From: Burkholderiales bacterium
GTDB lineage: Bacteria > Pseudomonadota > Gammaproteobacteria > Burkholderiales > SG8-41
Length of the DNA stretch: 64,000 bases
Direction of reading: 5' to 3'
NCBI GenBank assembly: GCA_019744975.1
Contig: JAIETP010000015.1
Span: forward strand, 56,929 to 120,928
This document shows positions 51,647 through 61,346 of the stretch, piece by piece. The position numbers were made by a program, and so were the translations under genes. How positions within the stretch are numbered: the first letter of the stretch is position 1; each line of letters starts with the position of its first letter. The notes under the pieces were generated by a model. The model did not search any database and was not told the origin of the DNA. It was given only the letters and a program-made list of their open reading frames with translations.

Positions 51647-52644
51647 CAGGACTCGACGTTGACGATGGCGCCACTGGCAGCTGATTTGAAAATGGCTTCC
51701 AGCGCGGAGATATTGGCAATCATCTGCGATTGCGGCACCGGGTAGGGCGCGCGGCCCTCGGCGGCATCGGCGAAGGCCTCGAGGTTGGCCAGCACATTGG
51801 GGGCGGGTGGAAACTCGCGGACTTCCTTTTTCCCGCCGCGCAGGGTCTTGGTCAGCACCCAGCCTTCGGGCGCTTCCGGGTGCGTCTTGTCGCGGACTTC
51901 GATCCAGCCCTTGTTGCAATACACCGCGAAGCGGCCCTCAAAGGGCGTGGCGAGTATCGCGCTGATCAATGCATGGCCGCCATTTTTGAATGACACCAGG
52001 ATCGCCAGCGTATCGCCGTTGACCAGCTGGCTGCCGAGCTGTTTGACGCTGGCGAACACGCGTTCGGCTTCACCGAAAACACCCACGGACAAATCGAGCA
52101 GATGGATGCCGGTGGCCGTCATCGGACCTGCCGGGGCTTCCTTGCCTGACAACCGCCAGTTGTCGGCGGCGAGCGTCAGGAATTTGTCCTGACTGAAATT
52201 AGCCTCGACCTGCAACGGTGTGCCGAGTTCTCCCGACTGGATGATGCGCATGGCTTCAAGCACCGGCGGTTCGAAACGCCGCTCATGGCCCACGGCCAGC
52301 GCCACCTTGTTGTCATTGACGGCCTTGATCGCGCGCAGCACATCAGCACGGGTCATCGACAGCGGTTTTTCGCAAAACACATGTTTGCCGGCGTTGGCGG
52401 CGGCGATGATCTGTTCGGTGTGCTGGGTGTGCGGCGTGCACAGCACGACACCCTGGATCGCCGGGTCTTTCAATACGGCGTTGAAGTCGCTGACCACCCT
52501 GATCTTGTGCTGTTGCGCGAAGTCCGCGATGGCTGCTGCATTGACTTCAACAACTGTGCTGACGCTGATTTTTTTGCTGGTCTTGAGCAGTGGAACAATG
52601 ATCTTGCCCCACCAACCCATGCCGACGACTGCGACGTTAAACAA
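51646..52644 (-). CDS. Gfo/Idh/MocA-family oxidoreductase (paralogue of 48266..49234)
   Basis: MFNVAVVGMGWWGK.. and ..EKPL.. motifs. Confidence 0.85.
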   Translation of the reverse strand: MFNVAVVGMGWWGKIIVPLLKTSKKISVSTVVEVNAAAIADFAQQHKIRVVSDFNAVLKDPAIQGVVLCTPHTQHTEQIIAAANAGKHVFCEKPLSMTRADVLRAIKAVNDNKVALAVGHERRFEPPVLEAMRIIQSGELGTPLQVEANFSQDKFLTLAADNWRLSGKEAPAGPMTATGIHLLDLSVGVFGEAERVFASVKQLGSQLVNGDTLAILVSFKNGGHALISAILATPFEGRFAVYCNKGWIEVRDKTHPEAPEGWVLTKTLRGGKKEVREFPPAPNVLANLEAFADAAEGRAPYPVPQSQMIANISALEAIFKSAASGAIVNVES

Positions 52645-52679
52645 CGTGTTGCTCCTTCGCGTATTACTTTGAAGATTGA

Positions 52680-53789
52680 TCAGGCGGCCTTGCTGCTTTT
52701 TTTTGCGATGGCGGCATTGACCGCCGGCATCACTTTTTCAGCCATCAGCTCCATCGAACGTTTGGCCAGTTTGGGATCCATCCAGTCATGGCAGGCATAG
52801 ACCAGCATGCCGAAATCACCGACCTGCTCACGAAAGGCGAGGATCTGGTCGACCACGCTGTTGACGGTGCCGGCGATGACCAGCTTGTCGGTGACGTATT
52901 CCGGCGTGATCGCCGAGTCCGGCATGTTCTGGTCAACCTTGAACAGGTTGCCGCGGCCGCTGAAACCGACCAGCTTGCGCACCAGCTGCTTGAAATAGAA
53001 GTGGTAGGGACCTTCCGCGGTCTTGCCGTAACGCTGCGCGGTGGCTTCGTCATCGGCAACAAAAATACTTTTGGCAATGCGCCAGTCGGCGGGGTTGGCG
53101 ACCTGGCCGATGTTCTTCTTGCCCTCGGCGTAGTTCGGCCAGTGTGTCTTGACCCATTCCGGCATCAGGAAGTTGGCGGAGATCGGCTGCCAGCCGCGTT
53201 CGGCCATCGCAATCACGCCCTTGGAGAAGGGCGCGACCACGGTGCCGACAATCAGCGGATGCGGTTTCTGGAAGGGTTTCAGGATGATGCCCTGGCCGAT
53301 TTCCGGGATCATGGTTTTCTGGGTGGTGACTTTCCAGAATTTACCTTCCAGGTTGTACGGAGGCTCGGATTCCCAGATTTTCAGCACCATGTTGATGCCC
53401 TCGACGAACATCGCATTGCGGTCGCGTTCGAGGTTGCCAAAGACTTCCGCGTCGGAAGCCAGTCCACCGGGGCTGATACCCATGATGAAACGGCCTTCGA
53501 GCAAATTGTCCATCATCGCGACCTGCGCGGCGATGGCGGCGGGATGGGAACACGGAATGTTGATGGTGCCGGTGCCGAGTTTGATGCGTTTGGTTTCCGA
53601 AATCAGGCTGGCGAGGAAAGTCATGCAGTGCGTGACTGTTTCCGCGGCATCGGTGACATGTTCGCCGACGTAGGCTTCTTCGAAGCCCAGCTTGTCGGCG
53701 AGAATGATCGCCTCGCGGTCCTCGCGCAGCGATTGCGGATAACTCTTCCCGGGCGGGTGGAGCGGCATCATGAACGTTCCGAGTTTCAT
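52680..53789 (-). CDS. LLM-class (luciferase-like) flavin-dependent monooxygenase
   Basis: MKLGTFMMPLHPPG..GFEEAYVGEH.. is typical of LimB-like LLM enzymes. Confidence 0.8.
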   Translation of the reverse strand: MKLGTFMMPLHPPGKSYPQSLREDREAIILADKLGFEEAYVGEHVTDAAETVTHCMTFLASLISETKRIKLGTGTINIPCSHPAAIAAQVAMMDNLLEGRFIMGISPGGLASDAEVFGNLERDRNAMFVEGINMVLKIWESEPPYNLEGKFWKVTTQKTMIPEIGQGIILKPFQKPHPLIVGTVVAPFSKGVIAMAERGWQPISANFLMPEWVKTHWPNYAEGKKNIGQVANPADWRIAKSIFVADDEATAQRYGKTAEGPYHFYFKQLVRKLVGFSGRGNLFKVDQNMPDSAITPEYVTDKLVIAGTVNSVVDQILAFREQVGDFGMLVYACHDWMDPKLAKRSMELMAEKVMPAVNAAIAKKSSKAA

Positions 53790-53825
53790 CCTTGCGTCCT
53801 TCGGTGGTTTATATGGCTGCAGTTG

Positions 53826-54803
53826 TCATTCGGTCTTGATGTTGTTGTCACGGATCGCCTTGTCGAAGCGGTCGGTCTCGCTTTTCACGAAAGCCCTGAA
53901 GTCCGCCGGGCTTTTGCTGGTGATTATCTCAACGCCGCTGTCGCCGAGTTTCTTGACGACCCCCGGATCTTTCATCGCGGCCTGACCGACCTTGTACAGC
54001 GTGCTGACCACATTGGCCGGGGTGCCCTTGGGCACAAACAGGCCTTGCCACGAGCCCACCACCATGTTGAAACCCTGCTCGCGCATCGTCGGGGCCTCCG
54101 GCATCGCGGAACTGCGTTCGGGCGCAATGATGCCCAGCATGCGCAAGCGGCCCTGTTTGGCAAAATTCACCGTTGAACTGAAAGTCGCCATCAGCCACTG
54201 CACTTCATTGCCGAGCAGGCCGACGGTGGCGGGACCGGCGCCGCCCTTGTACGGAATCATCGTGGCCTGGGTGCCTGACAGGTTCAGGAACATCAGCGCC
54301 TCCAGCGTATTGGCGCTGCTGGGTGCGGCGGCGCCGTAGTTCAGTTTGCCGGGATTGGCCTTCATGTGGGCCACCAGTTCCTTGACGGTCTTTGCCGGCA
54401 CGGACGGATGGGACACCAGGCTGCCGGGTACATCAACCACCTGGGTGATCGGGATCAGGTCGGTCAGCGGCTTGAACTGGAACTTGGTGTAGTACACCGG
54501 GTTGATCGCCATCGTGCCGACATTGCCGAGCAGGAAGGTGTAACCGTCGGAACTGGCACGTGCAGCGGTTTCGACGCCGATGTTGCCCGAAGCACCGGGG
54601 CGGTTGTCAACGACGACGGTTTGCTTCATCAGCTCGGCCATCGCCGGCTGGATGATGCGCCCGACGAAGTCGGAAGCGCCGCCCGGTGCAAAAGGCACGA
54701 TCATGCGTACGGGACGATCGGGATAGGTCTCCGCGCTGAGAGCGGTGCCGCAGGCAAACATCGACAACGCAGCGGCCAAGGCAGTACGTTTGAAGCAGAT
54801 CAT
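53826..54803 (-). CDS. Bug/TctC-family substrate-binding protein
   Basis: Start MICFKRT.. at 54803 after AAAGGAG; ..YPDRPVRMIVPFAPGGASDF.. Confidence 0.88.
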   Translation of the reverse strand: MICFKRTALAAALSMFACGTALSAETYPDRPVRMIVPFAPGGASDFVGRIIQPAMAELMKQTVVVDNRPGASGNIGVETAARASSDGYTFLLGNVGTMAINPVYYTKFQFKPLTDLIPITQVVDVPGSLVSHPSVPAKTVKELVAHMKANPGKLNYGAAAPSSANTLEALMFLNLSGTQATMIPYKGGAGPATVGLLGNEVQWLMATFSSTVNFAKQGRLRMLGIIAPERSSAMPEAPTMREQGFNMVVGSWQGLFVPKGTPANVVSTLYKVGQAAMKDPGVVKKLGDSGVEIITSKSPADFRAFVKSETDRFDKAIRDNNIKTE

Positions 54804-54824
54804 GGTTTTCTCCTTTGGTTTATA

Positions 54825-54853
54825 TTTAAGCATTTGTTTTTATTGATATTTTT
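54825..54853 (+). repeat. AT-rich dispersed repeat, core copy (between the Gfo stop and the TctC start)
   Basis: tttaagcatttgtttttattgatattttt. It shares the 17-mer atttgtttttattgata with the copy at 49235. Confidence 0.9.
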
Positions 54854-54854
54854 A

Positions 54855-55964
54855 TTATATTTTTTCATCGCCTGGAGCGATCGGCAGTTTCACCGGACGC
54901 TTCAGTTTTGCCGACAGGTCGATGGCTTTGGTCAGCATCAACCGATTATGGCCCTCCGCAGCCGTCGCGTGTTGCGTGGGCACACCCAGCGACACCCGAT
55001 TCAACCATGAATTGGTTTCCTCGCGCATCGGTCCGCGCAGTTCACCCAAAGCCATGTCGCCCACCGGATAACTGGTGAGGAAATCGACGTGACGGCGTTT
55101 GTCCGGCGCATAACCTTCACTCTGGATCAGGTTGGTGGCGAGCACGATGTCGCGGTGGGTGTCGTCGATGGTCAGCACACCTTCAGTGCCCACTGCGCCG
55201 ACTTCGAGGCTGTACACCGCGCCCGGCCAGACTTCGGGCAGGGCCCAGGAAATGACGCCGTGGTAAATCGCGCCATCATCAAACGAAATCGTGTAACCGG
55301 TGCCGTCCACGCCCTGCCAGGTCGGGCCCAGGGCCTTGTTCACCGAGCGTGCATAAACCTCGACCGGTTTTTTCGCTTCCATCAGCCACATCACCACATC
55401 CAGCGCGTGGGTGCCGGAAATCACCATCGGCGTCACTTCGGCGCGATTGTCGCTGCGTTTGTAGTTGTCGATGGCGACCAGGCGGTTCATGAAAGCGCGC
55501 GATGTCACCATCGTCACATCGCCTAGCGAACCGGTGCGCACTTTTTCCTTGGCCACCAGCCAGCGGCGGCGGAAACGTTGCGTGTATCCGATCACCGCAT
55601 CAACGCCGGATTTTTCGATCGCGGCCAGTGTCTGCGCGGACTCGCCGAGATCGGTCGCCAGCGGTTTTTCGATCAGCATCGGCAGCTTGCGTTCTGCGGC
55701 CATGATCACCGGATCGACATGCAGGTGTTCGTCGGTGCAGACCGCGACCGCATTCACTTCGGGACGTGACAGCAGTTCCTTGTAATCAGTGGTGACAAAA
55801 TCACCGCCGCATTTTTCGCGGACGATTTCGCCACGCTCCGGATTCAGTTCGGCGATGCCGATCCAGCCCACGGAAGGATGGCGCGCCGCGAGTTCAGCGC
55901 GAATCAGGCCGACACGGCCGGCACCGATGATGGCGAGGCCGATTTTTTTCGGGTCTTTTTTCAT
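54855..55964 (-). CDS. Gfo/Idh/MocA-family oxidoreductase
   Basis: ..IGLAIIGAGRVG.. and ..EKPL.. motifs; 369 aa. Confidence 0.85.
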   Translation of the reverse strand: MKKDPKKIGLAIIGAGRVGLIRAELAARHPSVGWIGIAELNPERGEIVREKCGGDFVTTDYKELLSRPEVNAVAVCTDEHLHVDPVIMAAERKLPMLIEKPLATDLGESAQTLAAIEKSGVDAVIGYTQRFRRRWLVAKEKVRTGSLGDVTMVTSRAFMNRLVAIDNYKRSDNRAEVTPMVISGTHALDVVMWLMEAKKPVEVYARSVNKALGPTWQGVDGTGYTISFDDGAIYHGVISWALPEVWPGAVYSLEVGAVGTEGVLTIDDTHRDIVLATNLIQSEGYAPDKRRHVDFLTSYPVGDMALGELRGPMREETNSWLNRVSLGVPTQHATAAEGHNRLMLTKAIDLSAKLKRPVKLPIAPGDEKI

Positions 55965-55990
55965 TGTTGAATCCAGTTCAAAAGCAATTT

Positions 55991-56064
55991 ACAGGATGGA
56001 CAGGATGATCAGGATAAAACCTGCCAGGGGATTGTTTTTATCCTGCAAATCCTGTCCATCCTGT
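55991..56064. repeat. 74-bp imperfect palindrome built from 9-bp-phased CAGGAT/ATCCTG hexamers
   Basis: The arms, acaggatggacaggat-gat-caggataaaa and tttttatcctg-caa-atcctgtccatcctgt, pair as 16 bp, a 3-nt mismatch, then 10 bp, with a loop of about 14 nt. It lies between two co-directional Gfo genes. Confidence 0.9.
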
Positions 56065-56075
56065 TAAGTAGTTTT

Positions 56076-57146
56076 TCAGCGTCCCACCGCGGCCACAGCC
56101 GGCCGCGACTCAGGCAGCGGCAGGTTGACCGGTTCATTGCGCTCGGCGGAGATGTCGGCGGCGACGTAGAGTTCCATCACGTTGCGCGCTTCCTCCGCGG
56201 TGACCAGCACCGGGCGGTCGCAGCACACGGCCTCGATGAAATGCACGGTTTCGGCGTGCATCGGGCCGGCAAAGGCGTGATCGACCCGTTCACCCGGCAT
56301 CGACGACATCGGCAGCTGCATGCCGCTTTTCATGGTGTTGAGAATCACATCGCGATGGGTATCGTCAACCATCAGCGCGCCATCGGTGCCGATCATTTCG
56401 ATCCAGGTCGAGCAGGCATTCGGGTAGCCCGGCGGCAGGCTCCAGCCGGCGCCGATGACAAAGGACATGCCGCTGTCCATGGTCACGGTGATCCACTGCG
56501 TATCCGGCACGTCCTTGCCGCTGTTCGCACGCATCACGCCGTAGTTGGTCTGTGAATAGACCCGGATCGGTTTGGCGGGCGCCAGGCACCACAGGATAAA
56601 GTCGAGGTCATGCGTGGCTTCCATTGCCGCCGGCGACAGTTTGCTGCGGCCGGTGATCTTGGCGCCGAGGCTGCGCTGGATGTGACGGCTGACCATGGCG
56701 CTGACGGGTTTGCCGATGGCGCCGCTGTCCAGGCATTTTTTGACGTAGGCGTATTTGGGATTGAAGCGCTGCGAATAACCGATGGTGAACTTGACGCCCT
56801 TGCGCCTGGCGATGGCGATCAGGTCATCAGCCTCGTGCAATTCGACGGCGATCGGTTTTTCCATGAACACGTGCAGGCCGGCTTCGAGGCAGTCGCGCGC
56901 CATCGGGTAGTGCAGGGCTTCCGGCGTCGCGGAAATCATCACCGCATCAAGATCCTTAACCTCGAGCATTTTGCGGTAATCGTCACTCGCGGTTTTGGCG
57001 CCGGTGGCCTTGGCCACTTCCGCCAGGCGCTCCGGTCTGGTTTCGACGATGTGCAGGTCTTTCACTGCCGGATTGATGGCGCAGGTGTCGGCGCGGATGC
57101 CGCCGCACCAGCCGGTGCCGATGATGCCCATGTTGATCTGCTTCAC
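56076..57146 (-). CDS. Gfo/Idh/MocA-family oxidoreductase
   Basis: MKQINMGIIGTGWCG.. and ..EKPI.. motifs; 356 aa. Confidence 0.85.
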   Translation of the reverse strand: MKQINMGIIGTGWCGGIRADTCAINPAVKDLHIVETRPERLAEVAKATGAKTASDDYRKMLEVKDLDAVMISATPEALHYPMARDCLEAGLHVFMEKPIAVELHEADDLIAIARRKGVKFTIGYSQRFNPKYAYVKKCLDSGAIGKPVSAMVSRHIQRSLGAKITGRSKLSPAAMEATHDLDFILWCLAPAKPIRVYSQTNYGVMRANSGKDVPDTQWITVTMDSGMSFVIGAGWSLPPGYPNACSTWIEMIGTDGALMVDDTHRDVILNTMKSGMQLPMSSMPGERVDHAFAGPMHAETVHFIEAVCCDRPVLVTAEEARNVMELYVAADISAERNEPVNLPLPESRPAVAAVGR

Positions 57147-57400
57147 TGCCCGATTCTCCTTGAAGGGTAAGTCTGCTTTCAGCGATGCACCATGTTAACG
57201 ACGGCGGGGGGTCGGGACAAATACCGAATCACATGCCGTGACATAACAAATCAGCATGGATAGACTAGGCGCATGGGGAGATCATTTATTCCGCAATGCA
57301 GCATGTTTGGCATTGAAAAACCGCTGCCCGCGGACAATCCGGGAGCTCCGCTGCCGATACGGCCAAACATGCCGCTTTGTTATCTCAGCAGGAACAAAAC

Positions 57401-58375
57401 ATGAGCATGGATCTGCGCGGCATCCGCTATTTCGTGCAGATTGCCGAACTGGGCAGCATCACCCGTGCCGCCCAGCACCTGCGTGTGGCGCAGCCGGCGC
57501 TGTCCCGCCATATCCATGCGCTGGAGGAGGAACTCGGCGTGCCGCTGCTGGTGCGGCTGCCGCGCGGCGTACGCCTGACCACCGCGGGGCGGCAATTTCT
57601 CGATCATTGCCAGCGCATCCTGCGCGAACTGGGGCGGGCCCAGGACGAGCTGCGCAGTGGCGGCGCAGCGGCGCAGGGGCGGGTGATCCTTGGTGTGTCG
57701 CCGACCACCGGACCGTTGCTGCTGCCGGGCGTGGTCGAACGCATGCGTCGGCAATGTCCGCAAATCAGCCTGAAAGTGGTGGACGGATTCAGCAACCAGC
57801 TCTACGACTGGCTGCAGACGGGCCGCGCCGACGTTGCGGTGCTGACCAATCCGGTGAATTCACGGGTGGTCAAGGTCACGCCGCTGATATCCGAACCCAT
57901 TGTCGTATTCGCGCGGTCGCAGGCACGCGCCGCCAAACGGTTTTTTACCTCGGCGGAGCTGGCACGCACTCCGGTGGTCAGCACCGAAGCCATCCGCATC
58001 ATTGCCGACGAGCAGCTGCAGCGGCACAAGGCGCGTGTCAGCGTCGAGGCCGAGATCGATTCAGTCGAAGCAATCCGCCGGCTGGTGCTGCGCGGCGTCA
58101 GCATGGCGCTGATGCCGGTATCCACTTTTCATGAAGACACCGGCAGCGGCAAACTGTCGGCCTCGCCGATTGCCGATGCAAACATCCATCGTATACTCAC
58201 GCTCGGCCAGCAGGCGGACCGGCGGCCATCCGCGGCAGTCGACGAGGTGGCGCAGATCATGACCGCCGAAGTGCGGGCGCTGGCGGAAGAGGGCGTGTTC
58301 AGCCTGCCGGGCCATGCCAATAAAATAACGCGGACAGCGCGCCAGAAAAAAACCCGTAACCAGGAGCAGGCATGA
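57401..58375 (+). CDS. LysR-family transcriptional regulator
   Basis: MSMDLRGIRYFVQIAELGSITRAAQHLRVAQPALSRHI.. is an HTH region, followed by a LysR substrate-binding domain. Confidence 0.92.
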   Translation: MSMDLRGIRYFVQIAELGSITRAAQHLRVAQPALSRHIHALEEELGVPLLVRLPRGVRLTTAGRQFLDHCQRILRELGRAQDELRSGGAAAQGRVILGVSPTTGPLLLPGVVERMRRQCPQISLKVVDGFSNQLYDWLQTGRADVAVLTNPVNSRVVKVTPLISEPIVVFARSQARAAKRFFTSAELARTPVVSTEAIRIIADEQLQRHKARVSVEAEIDSVEAIRRLVLRGVSMALMPVSTFHEDTGSGKLSASPIADANIHRILTLGQQADRRPSAAVDEVAQIMTAEVRALAEEGVFSLPGHANKITRTARQKKTRNQEQA

Positions 58376-59361
58376 AGCGTATCGACGTTCACAACCACGT
58401 GATCCCCGAGACCATCGTCAAGGCGATGCAGGCGAATCCCGTTTACAACACGAAAATCGAGGGTGAAGGCCACAACCGCGTGTTCATCCGCGGCAAGGTG
58501 CGTTTTCCGTTTGAGGCGGAGTTCTACGACGCCGATGCCAAGCTGGAGTCGATGGATCGCAAAAAAATCGACATCGCGTTCATCTCTCCCGGTCCACAGA
58601 CGTTTTTCTACAATCTGAAGGATGAGCTCGCGATCCAGACCGCGCGCATCGTCAATGAAGGCATTGCGCAAATGGTTGCCGCCAAACCGGACCGGCTGCG
58701 CGGCATGGCGACGCTGCCGATGCAGCACCCGGAGGCGGCCATCGCCGAACTGGAACGCGTGGTCAAAGAATATGGCTTCAAGGGTGTGGAGCTCGGTACC
58801 GCGATCGGTGAGGAGGAACTGGCGGATCCGAAATTCCGTCCCGTGCTGAAACGCATTGAAGAGTTGAAAGTCATGATTTTTGCCCATCCCAATACCCAGG
58901 GCGCGGCGGGGCGGCTCGACTGTTATTACCTGATGAACCTGATCGGCAATCCGCTGGACACCACGATCATGGTCGGCAAACTCATGTTCAGCGGCGCGCT
59001 GGATGAACTGAAAGACCTGAAAATCCTGCTCGCCCACGGCGGCGGTTTCCTGCCGTACCAGATCGGCCGTTTTGTACACGGCCACAAGGTGCGTCCGGAT
59101 ACCGCCGAGTTCACCCGATCAGACCCCATGCGGATGCTGAAACGTTTCTGGTTCGATGCGCTGACCCACAGCCCGCAGGCGATCCGCCACCTGATCGACG
59201 TCGTCGGCTCGGAGAACGTGGTGCTGGGTACTGATGCGCCCTTCGACATGGGTGAGATGGCGCCGGTCGACCGTGTGGAACTGGTGCCGGGGCTGACACA
59301 GCAGGAACGCGAAAACATTTACTGCAAGGCGGCCACGGCGCTGTTCAACGGCAGGATTTGA
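58372..59361 (+). CDS. Amidohydrolase_2 (ACMSD / non-oxidative decarboxylase-hydratase) family metalloenzyme
   Basis: MKRIDVHNHVIP.. metal-binding HxH motif and ..ILLAHGGG.. Its ATG overlaps the lysR stop (ATGA). Confidence 0.8.
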   Translation: MKRIDVHNHVIPETIVKAMQANPVYNTKIEGEGHNRVFIRGKVRFPFEAEFYDADAKLESMDRKKIDIAFISPGPQTFFYNLKDELAIQTARIVNEGIAQMVAAKPDRLRGMATLPMQHPEAAIAELERVVKEYGFKGVELGTAIGEEELADPKFRPVLKRIEELKVMIFAHPNTQGAAGRLDCYYLMNLIGNPLDTTIMVGKLMFSGALDELKDLKILLAHGGGFLPYQIGRFVHGHKVRPDTAEFTRSDPMRMLKRFWFDALTHSPQAIRHLIDVVGSENVVLGTDAPFDMGEMAPVDRVELVPGLTQQERENIYCKAATALFNGRI

Positions 59362-59430
59362 TACTGCACATCGTGGACGAGACACCCGGCATGCGGCGCG
59401 TCGCATGCTAGGATAAAACCAGACTATTCA

Positions 59431-60291
59431 TTGTTTGCGGGGCATGCCGTGCCTTTTCATCGTTTTGAGGATTTCGAAAGCAATTACCTGACGCCACACC
59501 TGTCCACCGGCAAGGCGCCGGTGATCGACGGGCGTTACATGTACTTCTGTATGTTGCATAAAAACGCAGGCACCGGATCGGAACTGCACTATCACCCGAA
59601 CGAACTGCTGATTTTTCCGGTGCGCGGCAGGATCAATGGCATCGTCGGCAAGGACCGACGTGTGGTGTCTCCCGGCACCTTTGTCCATGCCCCGGCGTAT
59701 GCGCGTCATTCAATGAAGGCCACCGAGGATGGCAATCTGCAATACCTCTATATCAAGGACAAGACCTGGACCGTGGTCGGCCTTGCCGAGGACGAAGCAG
59801 TACCCGATCAGGCGATGACCATCGCCGAGGTCAACAAAAAATACAGGGTCGGGGACAAAGACAAACACCAGAAAACCCAGGGCAAATCGCAGGCCATCAT
59901 CGAAGGCCTGCCGGTGTGTTTTCATCCCATTCTTGACAGCCTTGATGCGCCGCGGCGTTCCGGGCGTTGCGTGAACTGGATTGAGGGTGAGCGCCTGGCC
60001 TTCGGCCTGTTTGAAGTCCCGGCAGGTTATGACGAACCTGAGGCGGTTTCGGCACGGGAAATGTTTATTTATGTACTCAGCGGCAAAATCGACGCCCAGG
60101 CCGGCAAAGATAAAAAATCCATCAGCAGCGGCGACATCGTCCATGTGCCGCGTGGTGAACGTTACCGGCTGCAGGTGCGCAGCCATGCACGTTATGCCAT
60201 GGTCTGTTCAACACCCTATCTCGAAGGCCGCATCGACAACATGACGCCGGAACAGGCCGAGCAGGCCCGCATCAACATGAAACCGAATTAG
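59431..60291 (+). CDS. Bicupin-domain protein
   Basis: Two cupin barrels (..HYHPNELLIFPVRG.. and ..FIYVLSGKIDAQAG..VHVPRGERY..). The start is uncertain (TTG at 59431 or a downstream GTG). Confidence 0.65.
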   Translation: MFAGHAVPFHRFEDFESNYLTPHLSTGKAPVIDGRYMYFCMLHKNAGTGSELHYHPNELLIFPVRGRINGIVGKDRRVVSPGTFVHAPAYARHSMKATEDGNLQYLYIKDKTWTVVGLAEDEAVPDQAMTIAEVNKKYRVGDKDKHQKTQGKSQAIIEGLPVCFHPILDSLDAPRRSGRCVNWIEGERLAFGLFEVPAGYDEPEAVSAREMFIYVLSGKIDAQAGKDKKSISSGDIVHVPRGERYRLQVRSHARYAMVCSTPYLEGRIDNMTPEQAEQARINMKPN

Positions 60292-60315
60292 CCAGCCCAC
60301 AAAATTCAGCGCCAC

Positions 60316-60347
60316 ATAAATATTTATTTAAAATCAATAACTTACAG
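60316..60347 (-). repeat. AT-rich dispersed repeat, variant copy
   Basis: Its reverse complement reads ctgtaagttattgattttaaataaatatttat. Confidence 0.7.
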
Positions 60348-60392
60348 TAATTTTCTGATTAACTGCATAAAATGCCACGGCATTCGCCGACC

Positions 60393-61346
60393 ATGACCAA
60401 AAGATCAGTCATCAAACAAACCATAGGCAGCATCGGCCTCGGCATCATGGGTGGCGCATTCGCGCGCCACCTGCTGTCCGAGGGATTCGCGGTAACCGGT
60501 TTTGATATTGATGCAAAACGCCGCGCGGCGTTGAAAAAACTCGGTGGCACTCCCGCGGCGACCGCAACGGCTGTCAGCCGTCAGTGCGCCATCCTCGTCA
60601 CCTCGCTGCCAAGCATCGCCGCCGTCAACGCGGCGTTTTTCAGCAAAGGCGGCATTGTCGACAGCGCCAGACGCGGCACGGTGGTCATCGAGACCAGTAC
60701 GCTGCCGCTGGCGATCAAACACGACATCCGCGACCGCTGCGCCCAACGCGGCATCGCGGTGCTCGACTGCCCGGTCAGCGGCACCGGGGCGCAGGCCGCC
60801 AATCGCGACATTGCCATCTATGCCAGCGGTGACCACAAGGCCTATGTGAAGGCGGAAGCCGCGCTGAAAGGATTCTCGCGCAGCGTCTATTACTGTGGCG
60901 AGTTCGGCAACGGCTCCAAACTCAAGTATGTCGCCAATCTGCTGGTCACCATCCACAATGTGTCGACTGCCGAAGCCATGGTCATGGGCATGAAATCGGG
61001 CCTCGACCTGGAACTGCTGTACAAGGTGATCAAGGACGGAGCGGGGACCTCGCGCATGTTCGAGGTCCGCGGCCCGCTGATGATCGCCGGCGACTACAGC
61101 AAGGCGACCATGAAAGTGGACGTTTACAAGAAAGATATTGATATCATTGAGCAGTTCGCGGCCGACCTGCATTGCCCGGTGCCGCTGTTCGAGGCTTCAA
61201 AACCGTTTTATGCCGCGGCTCATGCGCAGGGCCGTGCGCTGGAAGACACCGCTGCCGTCTGCGCAGTACTTGAGCAGATGGCCGGTGTGCAGCGCAAGAA
61301 ACGCAGTATTTCAAAATCCAAAACCCGAAAGAGAAAGACCCGATGA
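60393..61346 (+). CDS. NAD(P)-dependent oxidoreductase of the 3-hydroxyisobutyrate/6-phosphogluconate dehydrogenase family
   Basis: ..IGSIGLGIMGGAFARHL.. Rossmann motif, a HIBADH-like body and an unusual basic C-terminal tail (KKRSISKSKTRKRKTR). Confidence 0.8.
   Translation: MTKRSVIKQTIGSIGLGIMGGAFARHLLSEGFAVTGFDIDAKRRAALKKLGGTPAATATAVSRQCAILVTSLPSIAAVNAAFFSKGGIVDSARRGTVVIETSTLPLAIKHDIRDRCAQRGIAVLDCPVSGTGAQAANRDIAIYASGDHKAYVKAEAALKGFSRSVYYCGEFGNGSKLKYVANLLVTIHNVSTAEAMVMGMKSGLDLELLYKVIKDGAGTSRMFEVRGPLMIAGDYSKATMKVDVYKKDIDIIEQFAADLHCPVPLFEASKPFYAAAHAQGRALEDTAAVCAVLEQMAGVQRKKRSISKSKTRKRKTR

Noticed and set aside
57305-57325. A sigma54 promoter (TGGCAT...) in the lysR/Gfo divergent region.
   Set aside because: The GG element is present, but the required TTGCW element 5 nt downstream of the TGGCAC-like hexamer is missing (the sequence reads TGGCATTGAAAAACCGC).
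57256-58134. A 292-aa ORF overlapping lysR in another frame, plus long N-terminal extensions in the ORF track (for example 5518, 6678, 9490, 21275, 32288, 44176, the 5' part of 50453..51919, and 42253).
   Set aside because: The extensions overlap neighbouring genes or lack an SD sequence, while internal starts with GGAG-type SD sequences reproduce orthologue-like N-termini. The alternative-frame ORF has the Arg/Ala-rich composition typical of off-frame GC-rich translation.
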